DNA of 64,000 bases, from positions 1,922,001-1,986,000 of the forward strand of contig CM039000.1 of NCBI GenBank assembly GCA_017499595.2. Direction: 5' to 3'. Shown here in pieces: positions 38,769-53,019 of this stretch. The position numbers and the translations under genes are program-made. The DNA comes from Psilocybe cubensis (taxonomy: Eukaryota). A model generated the notes under the pieces. That model was not told the origin of the DNA and searched no databases. It was given only the letters and a program-made list of their open reading frames with translations. Within the stretch, counting starts at the first letter, position 1, and every line of letters begins with the position of its first letter.

Positions 38769-40345
38769 TCAGGTCGGAGGGCTGAATAAATTGCCACGCG
38801 GCCCAAGAATATTGAGAGATCTTTGAATGCCAAAAAGGCCAGACAGCAAGAGAAGCTTCGCCTGCCGATTGAGGTGCTGGCTGTTGGTGTCGAGCGCTAA
38901 CTCTTCAAGGAACTTACATTCTGGATTGGCAGGAACAGTGGTTGCCATTATGTCTGATCGACTCTTCGCAAAGTTGATGACAGGCCGCACGTCAGAGTCC
39001 TGGAGGCCTGTGATGGTGACATGCGTTAGCTTTGGGCAAAGCCAGACGGCGTCTATGTCGCGGGGGTTGTCTGGCGTCAGCGGGAGAAGGAAACGATCTC
39101 CTCGTGAGCAATTGTTAATTTCTAGACGCCGTATGTTTGGCGAATCTTCGAACAGCCGGGTCGCCTCGTCCTGTGTCAAAAGATTGCAGCCTGTGATGGC
39201 CAAGAACTGTAGCTGTGCCGCTGATCTGAGCAGTCCTTTGAGAGAGGAAAGCGTGTGTATCGGTACTACCAGTTGGCGAGAGAGGTGGGTGATACGCAGA
39301 GACAGCAGCTTTGGTGCGCGGAGGGCGCGAAAGATAGGGGACGGTTCGAACAAGAATGGCCATTCCAGGTTCAGAGATCGAAGTTCGGGGAGTTCAATTG
39401 GTTCAAGATCCATAAAAAAGAGGGTGCTTGGGAATGTGATAGAGCACGATTGTAATTTGGAACACTTTGCCAGCATGTTTGGAAATAGACGAGAAAATTT
39501 CCATGAGCGACATTCGGTGATAACGAGGCTTTTGAGAGTCGGAAGGACATCATCGAGAACGTCGAGAAATGGAGTGATGTCGCAGACGTGGAGGACCTGA
39601 AGTCTCCGAGCCTGTAGACGACCCAGGAGCGAAGCGCTTGCATGGGAAGTGTTTACCAAGAGACTGAGCTCCTGAAGCATGGGCATTAGCACGTCTTGTG
39701 CGGCAGGAAACACGTCGGGGAGTGTCTCGATGCTCAGGTGTGTCTTGAGCGACTGGACACGGCCAAAGTGGGGAATCAGAACGCTGAGCACTGGCAAGAC
39801 GCAGGCGGTGATGCTGCGTGGATCTCCGAGCAGAGTGACTGGGCATATTGTGACGCGCAAAGGCATATTTGCAGAGCGCTTAAGGAACAGACGGGCTCTG
39901 GTGATCTCAGCAGGGCTATTTATATCTGGACGGAGATGGAGAGTGGTCCACAAGGCCGGATTATTGTACACCATTGCTCTCCAGCGACAGCAGACACTGG
40001 CGAGGACTACGGGGGACGGCTGCTCGAATACACAGTCTGAGATGTCGCAGTCGAGAGCGCACTCTGGATCGGCGCAGTACGCGAAGACGATGTCGCAGAT
40101 CTCTGGGAGCAGAGTGCGCATCGGTGCGTTTTTGACGCGGCGTGCGGCGACATTGGCTGCGAGGGTAGCGCTCTGAGAGGCGAGGGCGTCGTGCTGAATC
40201 TGGAAAGGAGATAAGCGGGGGAAGAGAAGGAGGAAGAGGAGGGACTTGCCTGGAGAGAATGGAGACCGCGCTCGAGATCATCTAAACGGCGCTTGATGTC
40301 GTCGAGACGCTGCTCGTCGTGGAGGATGTCCGGGGACGAGGACAT
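38769..40345 (-). CDS. F-box-like / LRR-like protein (Agaricomycete type)
   Basis: N-terminal coiled coil, PMRTLLPEICDIVF..SPVVLASVCCRWRAMVYNNPALWT, Leu-rich repeats, LCPKL motif; GC-AG intron 40200-40249 joins ORFs in frame. Confidence 0.8.
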
Positions 40346-40427
40346 GGTGGGGTTGTGGACAGCGGCGGAGACATGTGTGCAGTGCGGGTGAGTTGGGAGT
40401 CTCAGGCGGGCGGACGAACACGGATGA

Positions 40428-42455
<2,028 letters not shown>

Positions 42456-42711
42456 ATTCTGTAGGGCATGAGGAGGATTGGTTTTATACTTAATTTCATC
42501 ATTGGCTCTAGAGTATACCGCCTGCCAAAATTCAAAATTTGCATTCATTCCCAGTAGTTGAATCGTACGGTGTCAACAAAATGATCAGTAAACTGTGCCC
42601 TGTTTCTATTGATTGTAAGTTTGATAACTTCCTTCAGGTTGCCCGCTCTTGTCTTTGGCTAGATATGCAGCCAAGTTTTGTTTAATTTTTACAAATGGTT
42701 TTGCCATTGAT

Positions 42712-43369
42712 CTAGTTCAAAGGGATTTTGTGTAGAACTTCCCAACTTTCAACTGGACCTTCACACCGCACAGCCCACACTTCATGAGCTTTAAAGTTGT
42801 CCACCCAGTTATTGGTTCCTTCAGATCCACAGTTCAATTGAACGGCCTCTGGCTCTTCTGTTTTAAAGCCTATCACCGCGCTCGTCCGTAGCTCGTCGTA
42901 AAATCTATCTCGTTCTCCGTTGATGGCATCCGCATCGTCAATATAGCATAGCGACATGTGGGGGAAAGCAGGACATCTGGGCTCCAGTCCTAATCGTTGA
43001 TGCACTTCCTCATACAAGGACAGGATTTCGCGCGTAGGCTTGATCGCGACGTATACCGATCGGAAGTAGTGATCCCCAATCTTGACTTGGTCAAAGTAGC
43101 ATCGCAAAGGCGCATGCGCGTCGAATGTGGGTATGGACCCCGCGATCTTATCAAGCTCGGTTTCCAAAGACTGCGGCAATGAGGCAAGTGTGATATGGGG
43201 GTAGAATTTCGGGTATGATGCAACAGACAGAGACGGGTCCTTCCTTTGACTGTTAATAACGAAACCTAATTTTTTGGCTTCCAGAGGACTGGGAACAAGC
43301 CATAGCGACAAACCTAATACCCTTCATGTATTAGCATCAATCATACTGAGAAATGACGCAGATACCCAT
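42712..43369 (-). CDS. CPD1: 2',3'-cyclic-nucleotide 3'-phosphodiesterase (2H phosphoesterase)
   Basis: Two HxT/S motifs (PHITL, PHMSL); 4-nt first coding exon ATGG gives MGLSLWLVP. Confidence 0.82.
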
Positions 43370-43597
43370 GGGCAAATCTCTGATAGTGTTGTAGTTGATC
43401 GAGTTAAAGTTGCGCTTTGATCCTAGGATAACTTAAACGTGGGTAACTTTACCCGATGCATTCTAAACAACATTTGTTACATATTTTACAGCATTTCAAT
43501 ACAAAATAATACTACAATGATGAGGTTAATTGTCTTGAGTAGAGATGAATAGCGTGTAATTGTGGGGGTTAGCTTAAATAAAAAGAGCTGCTTTCTC

Positions 43598-45472
43598 TCA
43601 GGCTTCAGAGGTGTGCTTATTCAAGCTGACCCAGCTGCTCTCCACTGTGTCACCGGTGTTGCTCTCAACGTCCGCATCAGAGCTGATCTCTAGGTCTGAA
43701 GAGGCGTCTTTATCCTCCTTGACCTCAGATACTACAGACTTTGTCTGTTTGGCAGTTACGGGAGGAGGCAGATCAGTGGGAGGGTCGCGGAATGGTTGTG
43801 TTGGCAAAAGACGATTGCGGATGGAGATTAAGAAATGGGGGAGGCTTAACAAGCCATCAAGCAAAACAGTGGGGAGATGAGATGCGACTTTGTATGTAGA
43901 CGCTAGAATTAAGTTAGCCAAAAGGTTAAGACAATGCATACAGATTCACCTACCACCTGCACCGATGGAAAATCGTTCCCCAAGAATCCAATTCTGGAAA
44001 CGACCCAACCCGAGACCAAAACCGAATAAAGTTGGACCATAACGACCTCCGCTGACAACTCGAATGAGATTGTTTGCAAATACCGACAAATCGGTGGGCT
44101 GCCGAGGTAAGCCATATGTGTAGCGCTGCTTGAAAACTGAACGTATGCGCTCCAAATGAGAGGTGGGTGAGGGCCTTTCACCCATAACGCCAATAAAAGC
44201 GGGTCCATAGACAACCTTCTCAGATGCACTCCAATTTTCCATCGATTTATAAATGCCTTCAGGAGGAAGAGATCCCGATGATAAATCAGTGTTGAATGTG
44301 CCCACATCGACAACAACGACGTTTATATTTTGCATAGAATCTGACTTTTCTGTCATTGATGCGATACGAATTTCTCGTCGTAAGATTTCGACTCCTCTGA
44401 GCGTAGCAGCTGCGCTCATGGCTTGCACCGATGCAAAAGGAAGGCCAACACGGGCGTCTGTTGCAGGAAGGCATACTATGATGGACTTTTTGCCTTTGTC
44501 CCTGCTGCGTGCAGAGACGGTGCGGAGTAATGGCAGTAGAGCTTGAATTACTTGCAATGGTGTGATTTGTGTCGCGGTGAGGTAAGGCAAATAAGTATCC
44601 CGAAGTGATATGTGTTCCAGTGGGGCGTTGACAGCTGGTACAGGTGCCGACAACGTGAGGAGAGAGATTATGGAGTGGATATACGGCAACGAGGACGGGG
44701 AGGCATACGGATCTCCTGCGGCTTTGATAGGAAACTTCCTCGAAAGACTCGCCGACAGGGAACGTAAGAAGATAGGGACTGTTGCAGGCTAATAATAGAC
44801 ATGAGACAAGGCAAAGACTGTCGGACTCGCACATACCTCGAAGGGATCTAGAACATGAGCTTTAACGTATCCCTGGCAGCTAGCCTCGAGAGTGTCGACA
44901 GCCTCTGGCGTAGAGACGCTTGCAATAACAATATAGCCTTTCTTTTCGAGGTCAATAATTAATGGGAGGGCATAGGGTGTGTCCCCTCCAAGAACGACTG
45001 GGAGGGAGATCAGTACCTGATATCACGCGAACGTGTGCATTAAATACATACCTACAATCTGCCGCCGCTCCGTACTAGACTGCGCTTTCTTAGCAACATG
45101 GAAAGCCTTCTGATTCTGGCGCCTGAGGAGAGTATCACGATACCCAACCAGTAAACCGGCACCCACGACCCCAAAGACGATCCCAGATGCCTTCCATGGA
45201 TGACGTCCTATCCAGTCTGTAGATTGGGAGACCCAGTTCGATGGTACAGTAGGTTGGGGTGGAGGTGGAGGAGGAACCTGGAAGTCACCAAGACTTGGAA
45301 TAGTCACTTCTGGGAACCCTGGCATTCCAGGACCATATCGCGAGATATCAATCCAGAGTTGATTGACGACTTCGTGTACATCTGGTAGACTGTGGGTCAC
45401 TGCAGTCAGGGAAGAATGAAAGTATTCTTCCACCGATGCGAGATACTCCTCGACGTTGTCGAATGAAGGCAT
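43598..45472 (-). CDS. Fungal DUF1776-like protein (SDR-like Rossmann fold, N-terminal TM)
   Basis: TM GIVFGVVGAGLLVGY, then RRQIVVVLGGDTPYALPLIIDLEKKGYIVIASVST; family call from recalled pattern. Confidence 0.65.
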
Positions 45473-46364
45473 GGGTGGGGAAAGACAAGCAGTCCGCTCG
45501 ACTTGAAACTAACTCCCCTGTTGACTCAGACAACCCTTAGCTAAGTGGTTAAATTTGTTTGCTAATTATGTAATTAAATCGACCGACATAGTCTCTTTCC
45601 AATGTTTAACGCATTCGATTGTGATAATTATACTGAGTTTGCAGTGACTCGGTCTTATAGAGTCTTTTGTTACACTTTTTCAAACTTCCACTGTAGTAGT
45701 AGCTATACAACGCCATTCGGTCAATACCTTGTCAAGACCCCTTAATTAGTGTCACAAAGCACGTGATTGAAACATGTCGCGTACAGTGTCACAGACTGGT
45801 TGCTCAACGGCATGGCATGGTTTTTCCTGAAAGAATTATACAGAAGTCCAAAGTTATCAGAATCACCTTTTCATGAACCCAACAGCAGCCACAAATAAGC
45901 AGCATTATCGTTTGACACCAATCAAGACGAATTTGTTTTTACCGTGACCGCACTGGCTAATCTCTGATTTTCGTTTCTCCTTTTTTCTCCTCTTGCAGCT
46001 TCCATCGTCAACAAAGAGCAGAGCACGGCGCCTCCATCTTTCCGCTATACGATACAGAAACAAAGGTCAGAAAGTGGCCGCTGGAACTTCGGAATAGTTG
46101 GTAACACTATTCGCCGCGCATTCATCCCTTCACTGGCAGGGCCTTTGAACGGACTTTCACCTATGTTTCTGATCTTGGATTTCGATAGACTCGGATGGCG
46201 AGCACCATGCCAGAGGAGAAGCACATACATGTAAGGTGAAAATTAAAAGCCTTCGGATCAGCACAAGAGAATCAGTGAACTCGTTACATCGAGCTGCAAG
46301 TTGCAGATAGGATGACGCTTTCAAAGCTCCCCGCTTGCTCCGCTATCAGCTCAAGACTCAACTC

Positions 46365-46992
46365 TAGTGCTGGGTTTGTTACATACTGGTATACCACGCC
46401 AAGGTATTACACCAATGTAACACACGTGTTATACCAATAACACAGCCAGAGGGTCAAAATCCTGTGTGTTTTACTGGTGTTAATCTTCGGGGGTATTATA
46501 GTCAGAACTTCTCAATCTACCAACAATCTACATTGATTTTTAGACTTTTATTGATAGTTTTGCTACAGGAAAGCGTTGTCAATCAAATGGTACGCTGTTT
46601 CTAAATTCTAACTTTGTACTTCATGCCGCGGCGGCATGTAGTCGGCAAAAAGTGAGTTTGTGATCCCTAGTCACACCATGTGACACCGTTACATTTCCCA
46701 GTGTATGCATCAAAAATGACCTATGGTTTTGGATAGCTTTACAAACATCACAGATATATCTTATAAGCCATGTAACAGTAGAATAATTAGTTATTATAGC
46801 TGTTCTTAAGCTTAAAAATGAGGACTTCCAGTCAATTGGTCATGCATTTTTTTAAAAAAAATTAAAATTAAAAAACTCTGAAGGTCACGTGATGTGGTAT
46901 AACACCTGTTTAAAACACAAGTAACACACCGGTTGAGAGCGCCGAACCTATACCACTATCACACAGACCGGCCGGTATCAAACCCTGCCCTA
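46365..46992. mobile_element. Non-autonomous hAT-type DNA transposon (MITE-like), 628 bp
   Basis: Imperfect TIRs TAGTGCTGGGTTTGTTAC vs TAGGGCAGGGTTTGATAC (reverse complement of right end; 15/18); perfect 8-bp TSD CTCAACTC at 46357-46364 and 46993-47000; no transposase ORF. Confidence 0.88.
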
Positions 46993-48000
46993 CTCAACTC
47001 CCCTATACCCGCGTACGTGACCCTGGATCAGTTGGTAGATCCGAGTTGGAACACTCTGCATACCGCTTCAAGAATCAACATTGGTAGAGTATCCCATACG
47101 AATCAGCACCGTGGATCGGAACCATTTACAGAAGACTGATGTAAAAAATTCTCCTATGTATCAAATTCATGCTGTTCTAAAGAACAATTGACAAAAGAAC
47201 GATGAAAATCTGTTCGGCAAACTTGTCCACTGTCCAATCCAACCGGCATTCCCTAATCGGTGCCTCGCTTTTTGTTTTCATTTAGACAACAATCGCACAT
47301 GGTTGTCGCATTTGATGTGATGCTATTTCTCCAATTCTACACGCTAAAATCAGGTTCCAATATCGATTGGCATCGCAACCAGTCAGTAAACAATAAGGTA
47401 GACGAGCGCCGAAATAAAATCTTTTCTTCCTAAACCCAAGAAGCGTACCCAGGAAAGTCAAAAGAAACTTGCTTCTCATCACTGATCACAAAGAAAGGAG
47501 TGTGCGCAACATGGCTCTTTCACACCAGAGGGAAAAATCCAATACTAGGAAGGGGGCTGTACAATAAACGATGTTGGTACAATGACGATGGTGTGTTTAC
47601 TTTGTATTTACTGTTAAACACTACTGTTCTGCCAGCAAACTATCCAGGGCGGCGTTTATGAACGCTCCCGACAAAATGGCAACAGTGCGGAGAGGGATGA
47701 ATAAAAAGGGCGGTATGAGGGAAAGAAGAGATGTCGAATCAACGAATGGCGTCAGGTGTCTGCACGCTCCTGGTTAATAAAATAAAAGTTTTTGGCCAGG
47801 AAGGCAAAGCACGCTCGAAAAGTCGAAAGGAACGTGGATGGTTGTACCCCTGATATAAAAGCAAGACGAAAAGAGCAGGAGAAGAAATAAAGATATAGAA
47901 GAAATAGGACGAATCGGGAAAGGAGGGAGGAGGACAGGCCTGAGAAGAGCTAAGAAGAAAAGTTTAAAGCATGTCCACAGGCGTAATGGACATGCCCCGA

Positions 48001-48986
48001 CTATGCACTGGACGAACGAAGTGACTGGAAAGATTGGAAAGATACGGAACGAACGCCCGCAAATCTGCCCCGGAGGCCAGCCTTTTCATTGTCATGTTCG
48101 ATAATGTCATCGAATTCTGACGCGGTTGAGCAATCATCATCGTCCTCATCGTCAGAATCACTGTAAACGGTATCAGAGTCACCGTCACTGCAGGTTTCGA
48201 TATCCCGATCTGGGTTTAGCCATGCGTTGTACCAGTTGCCCAAGAAGATTTTGATGTCGGCAGTGAGTCCGAGGTACTCGACGTTCCGAGCGATCCCTTC
48301 CCACTGGATGGTACCTTTGAGCAGACACTCCTGGATATACCTGAAATCTCCAAAGTACATCCAGTGAACGAGGAGATGGAATGTCGAAGGATCGGGTACG
48401 GGAAGGAAAACAATAGGATGATCAGGAGAGCAAGGCATCAATCGAGGCTGTCGGTCGGCAGGAACAGAAGAGCCCGAGCTCGAGCTGGGAGGTGCGGTGG
48501 AATACATTAGATCAAGAGGTAGCGCGCCGCTGAAAAGGCCCCTCAGGAAACTGGAGTGGGCGGATAAATAATCGATATGCAACTGCAAGGAGAAGACATG
48601 ATCAACGGAGGACCAGCCTAGAATAGATAGAGAAGACGGACCTGAAGAGAAATACGCGGAACGGCATTCAAAGGAGGCTGGGTGACCCTCCTGCCCAAGC
48701 TAGTGCTATCGTAGCTTGTGGTATAGGAAAAGGTCGGCTCGATTGCTGAAATCTGGGAGAAGGCAGGTAGGTCCGGTCTGCCCTGGGCATGGGGAAATGG
48801 AACGACTAGAGAGAGAGATGAGAACTGGAAATGCAAGAGAAGAACGGACATACTTATGGTGCAGTCTGCAGTCTCTGGCTGGTCCCAGAATTGATGAGCC
48901 AAAGAGTTGAGTTGGTTGGATATGTATTCAAGAGGAACATCGGTCAAGGAAGGAGGTGGAAAGACTCTTGTCTGAAAAGAAGGCAT
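48001..48986 (-). CDS. BTB/POZ-like domain protein with acidic tail
   Basis: TADCTI..LHIDYLSAHSSFLRGLF..PVPDPSTFHLLVHWMYFG..NVEYLGL fits a BTB fold; start codon uncertain. Confidence 0.65.
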
Positions 48987-49428
48987 TGTGGAGGAAGATG
49001 GCTGGCAGGCTTGAGCTGGAGCCGGTATATGGTAGACAGGGATCAATTGGCCAGACCCGCGGCAGCACTGGGACAAAAGAAAAAGACGGAGGTCCTTTTA
49101 AGAGCAAGTTTGTTGTGAACGCTGCGTCGAGCAATCCACACCGCAATAGGCAACAGCGACCCGACAGGCGGGTCCGCAAAATAACAGACAGAACCTTGTA
49201 CGGAGATATCACTCTAATTGTTTTCCGTTGCCTTTTGCGTTTCTTATTGTCTTTGCCTCGTTGCACACAATAGCCGGAATACAATTGTACAGGCCAAGCG
49301 TTATGCATTCCGACCGTTATGCAGCTCTCCGTTCGACGCAGCGTCCCAAGTGCTCCAGTGATTCAGACAGTCTCGTGAGTGTGTCGGTCCAAGCGTAGTC
49401 GTGCGAATATATCCACTCGCCTCCTGCA

Positions 49429-49865
49429 ATGTCCAGCCATCTCCCCAACACCGATATTTTTGCACTCAATCCATACGATTCACATCCCAGTCTTTCTCCT
49501 CTCGAGGCTGCTGTCCTCTGGGAGTACGCTAAGCTCGCCCAGAATGTTCGAATGGTGCGTCCATGTTCTGCATCTCACCACATCATCCAGCAGACAGTGC
49601 TCTTCCTCAAGGTCACCCAAAAGACGCGTCTTCTCAGCGAGGAACCCGACAAAGTAATGCTAGCCAAGTTGCGCATTCTCGAGAAGAAGATGGGTCTCGT
49701 GCTGACTTTGGTGTGTAATCTCTGTCCCGGGTACCATCGCGCGTTCACTTCATACCATCACAACAGTTCAAGGCTTCTGTCTGGGGAGTTATCAACGACC
49801 AACCTGATCCCTCTATCCGCAGCGAGGGATTCAGCGATGCCAATGACATGACCATCAGGCGTTGA
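49429..49865 (+). CDS. DAD3: DASH/Dam1 kinetochore complex subunit Dad3
   Basis: LSPLEAAVLWEYAKLA..LRILEKKMGLVLTLFKASVW. Confidence 0.9.
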
Positions 49866-49978
49866 TGCCACGAGAAATGTCCCGCTAACTGTACTATTAC
49901 TCTTCATCGCACCAACATGTCCATGCATGCAACTGGCTACGGGAAAATTCAACGCATTGTATTATTAACTTTATTGTT

Positions 49979-51446
49979 CTACCTCAAATGTGCTCCTCCA
50001 ACACGAGCCGTCAACGCTGACACTGCGTCAACATCCCAGATAACCAGCATCCCATCCACACCCGATGTGCTCACCCTCGACACATTGCTGCCACTGTAAT
50101 CATAGGCTCTCACATTCGTGATTGTGTTCTGGTGGATCGTGAGCAGCGTGTCGCTAGTAGTCGACGACGATGACGTCTGTCCTCGCGAATCTGCGTCGCG
50201 GAACGTCGCAAATGCACCTGTCTTGAGGCGGCCGACGCTGCTGCCCCCACCGAATGCTGAACGAGACTCTGATTTAGGTGCCGTGGCGTCATCCAAGGTA
50301 CCGGCTTCTTGCCAGCCAGCCTCTGATCCAGAGAAGACTAGGGGGCGGCAGTCGTGTCCGGCTGCTACGATGGTATCTTCCGAGGTCCATACAAGGCTCA
50401 CGAGGGGAAGAGATGGCATTCTGATGTTGTGGATGACCGGTCCGCCTGGGTAGACTATGTTGATTGAGCTATCATGACCTGCGAGATTGCTTAGTTTATG
50501 TTGGCGTTTTGATGAAAGTTAGATACGTACTTGCGAAAGCAAGCACATCGCCCGATGGCGAGAAACCGACAGCGTGCACCCAACCGCCAGCTGGGCTTGT
50601 ATACTCGCCACAAACAGTGTTAAACGGTAACTTGGATCCCCAGACAGTAGGCGAAGGCCTAAATAAGTGTTTAGAGGCTGAGACAATGTTGGCTTGGGCG
50701 AGTTTACCTTTCATCGACTTCTTTGATATAAGCCGAGAAAACTCGAGCTTTCATATCTGCGCTCCCAGCGGCGAGAAGAACATTGTTCGGATGCCAATCC
50801 ACGGAGAGGACCGTAGATCTAATAGGTTTCTTCAGGAGCTTGGATACCCACCAATTGTTCTCTGGATCGAACGAGCAAATTGCAATGGCTCTAAGATGCC
50901 AAACAGGCGTTGAAAATTATAAGCCTGCATTCCAAAGCGATAGATATATCGAGCGGTGATAAAAACTCACCGCGCTCCGCTGGCCACAGCGAATTTGTCC
51001 TCTTTAGGGCTCCATCTGACGTAGGTTGCAGCTCTGTTGATACGGAGAAGAACTAGGGTTGGCTTCCAGACCAACTTTCCTGTCTCGGCGTCCGGTTGTT
51101 CTTGCCAGACGTATGCGTTCCTGTCTTGAGAACAAGTTACAATGCGGTTCGAGTTAGGGGCCCAGTCAATCGATGTGATGAGTTTGTCATGCTAGATAAA
51201 ACGTTCAAAGCGTGGAGAAAGAAAATGAGAGATGGATATGCACCTCAGCCAGGGTAACGGTAGAGACCCATTCAGTCCCTTGACGAGTCAAGATTTGGGC
51301 ATCGTTGCTGTTAAGGCTGACCGCGATTTCTACGATAAAATCAGTAACAATTCTGGCTTCAGGGGATGGCAACACTGACGAGAGCGGTCTGCACTGAACG
51401 AATGAGAGGTGATAGGAGTTTGAGCTAGGGTAAAGACTTCAGGCAT
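49979..51446 (-). CDS. ARC40: Arp2/3 complex WD40 subunit ARPC1
   Basis: [62 protein letters not shown]. Confidence 0.93.
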
Positions 51447-51808
51447 GATGACAAAAAAACACTGCAGAGGACTAGCAGTCGACTACTGCGCTTGATGTGG
51501 ATGTGGTATAGTGTAACAAGCACCTGCCGCGCCTCGCCTTGTAATCGCTGTACCCAAATATATCACAACTCTCATTTGGGCCCGTAGATATCAATTGGTC
51601 AACTAACAAACAACAGATCTATGTACAAATTCAAGACAATGTTGATAAAATAATTACTGAGCTGAATATTCGACAATGGTATACACTAAATTTGGGCTCA
51701 TGATGCTTGATTCAGTTAGCGTTTTGTTATCCAAGGTAAATTACATACATAGGGCAAAATGATGTTTGACCGATGATTGCAAACAAGCAAAAAAGCAAAA
51801 GGCAAACG

Positions 51809-53019
51809 TCAAGTATTTCCAACGTTGGCTGCAGGTGGTTTATCCGTTGCATCTTCTGGCGCTTTCCGCATTTGCTTCGCCCATCGTAGTCCGCACGCAT
51901 TGCACAACGTCTTTGGGCCTTGCGGTCCCTGTAAAAAACGATTTCCATGCATTATTCCTCCCTCTCGAAAGAGTTGTTTTTTTTTTCTTACCTTTCTCCA
52001 TTCCGGAGAGACAGTACTCCCACATGTGAAGCAGACATAGCGTTCAGAGTTCTGGGCTCTTTTCAGCTGTACCGATAATCAGTACAGGATTCAAGAATGT
52101 ATTGCAAGGCATACGTTCTTACCTTTTTCTTTTTAGATCCATCTTCTGGGTCCTCAACGTTTATCGGATGCGAGTCGTATACTGACCGATCGGCAAAGTC
52201 AATCGTCTCGCCAAACCCACGCGGGCCACCATCAAAGGACTTGGACAATAAAGTAGACGACATGTAGTTGTTCGGCACCGATTCTGGAGGCTTAACTGTG
52301 CTGAGGGACGACGTGACGTACATGGAGCCTGTCTGGGAAGACGATTGGAGCGCTGTAGGAGACTCGGGAGGCAACATTTCTCGAAGCTCAGCAACTCTCC
52401 GCTGCAAGACACTTTGCCTTGCTTGCAAATCAAATATAGTGTCCAACCTGTTAACATGATATGTATATGGAGCAGTGGTTAGAGAAGAACAGTTTTGCCT
52501 ACAGCGCTGAATTATGCCCCGGAGATGGAACGGCCATTGCTATTAGACATTGCGTTTTCCCTGGCTCCTCGTCGATGCTGTAAGGATTGCATTTGATATC
52601 ACAAAGAATACTCTTGGGGCGCAGTGCTGAGTCGTTGGTGTTTAATCTCAAAGTTAAGTTGAATCCGATGTTCTGCTGGAGGGCAAGCTGAAATGCTTCA
52701 ATAAAACGTATTTGGTCGGTTGCTGCGACATTTGTCTAGTCAGTCATATCCACCAGGGATGGATTGAGCAGGACGCACCGTCGATCAGGACCATGAAATC
52801 GTAGTCAATCAACTCCGTTTCCTTCCAGCCCAAGATCTCTGTGACAGCTGCACCACAAAACCATATTGTACGGGTAGGTGACAGTACGAAGACGATATTG
52901 TCGACAAGTTCTGTCACTAGCAAGTCAGCCCATCGTTTCCTCTTGGGGAATTCGTAAGCGGTAGGAGTCTTTGTGTTGTTGGCCAAATGTTGACTCGAAT
53001 GGACACCAACAAAGCTCAT
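51809..53019 (-). CDS. wc-2: White collar-2-like PAS plus GATA zinc-finger transcription factor
   Basis: [13 protein letters not shown] plus PAS-like segment, coiled coil, [32 protein letters not shown]; ortholog vs paralog unresolved. Confidence 0.75.

Noticed and set aside
38827-39600. 257-aa plus-strand ORF
   Set aside because: In-register antisense to the F-box-like CDS, Ser/Arg-rich shadow composition
45940-46240. Acceptor-like pyrimidine tract and short open frames left of the hAT element
   Set aside because: No recognisable protein or coherent gene model
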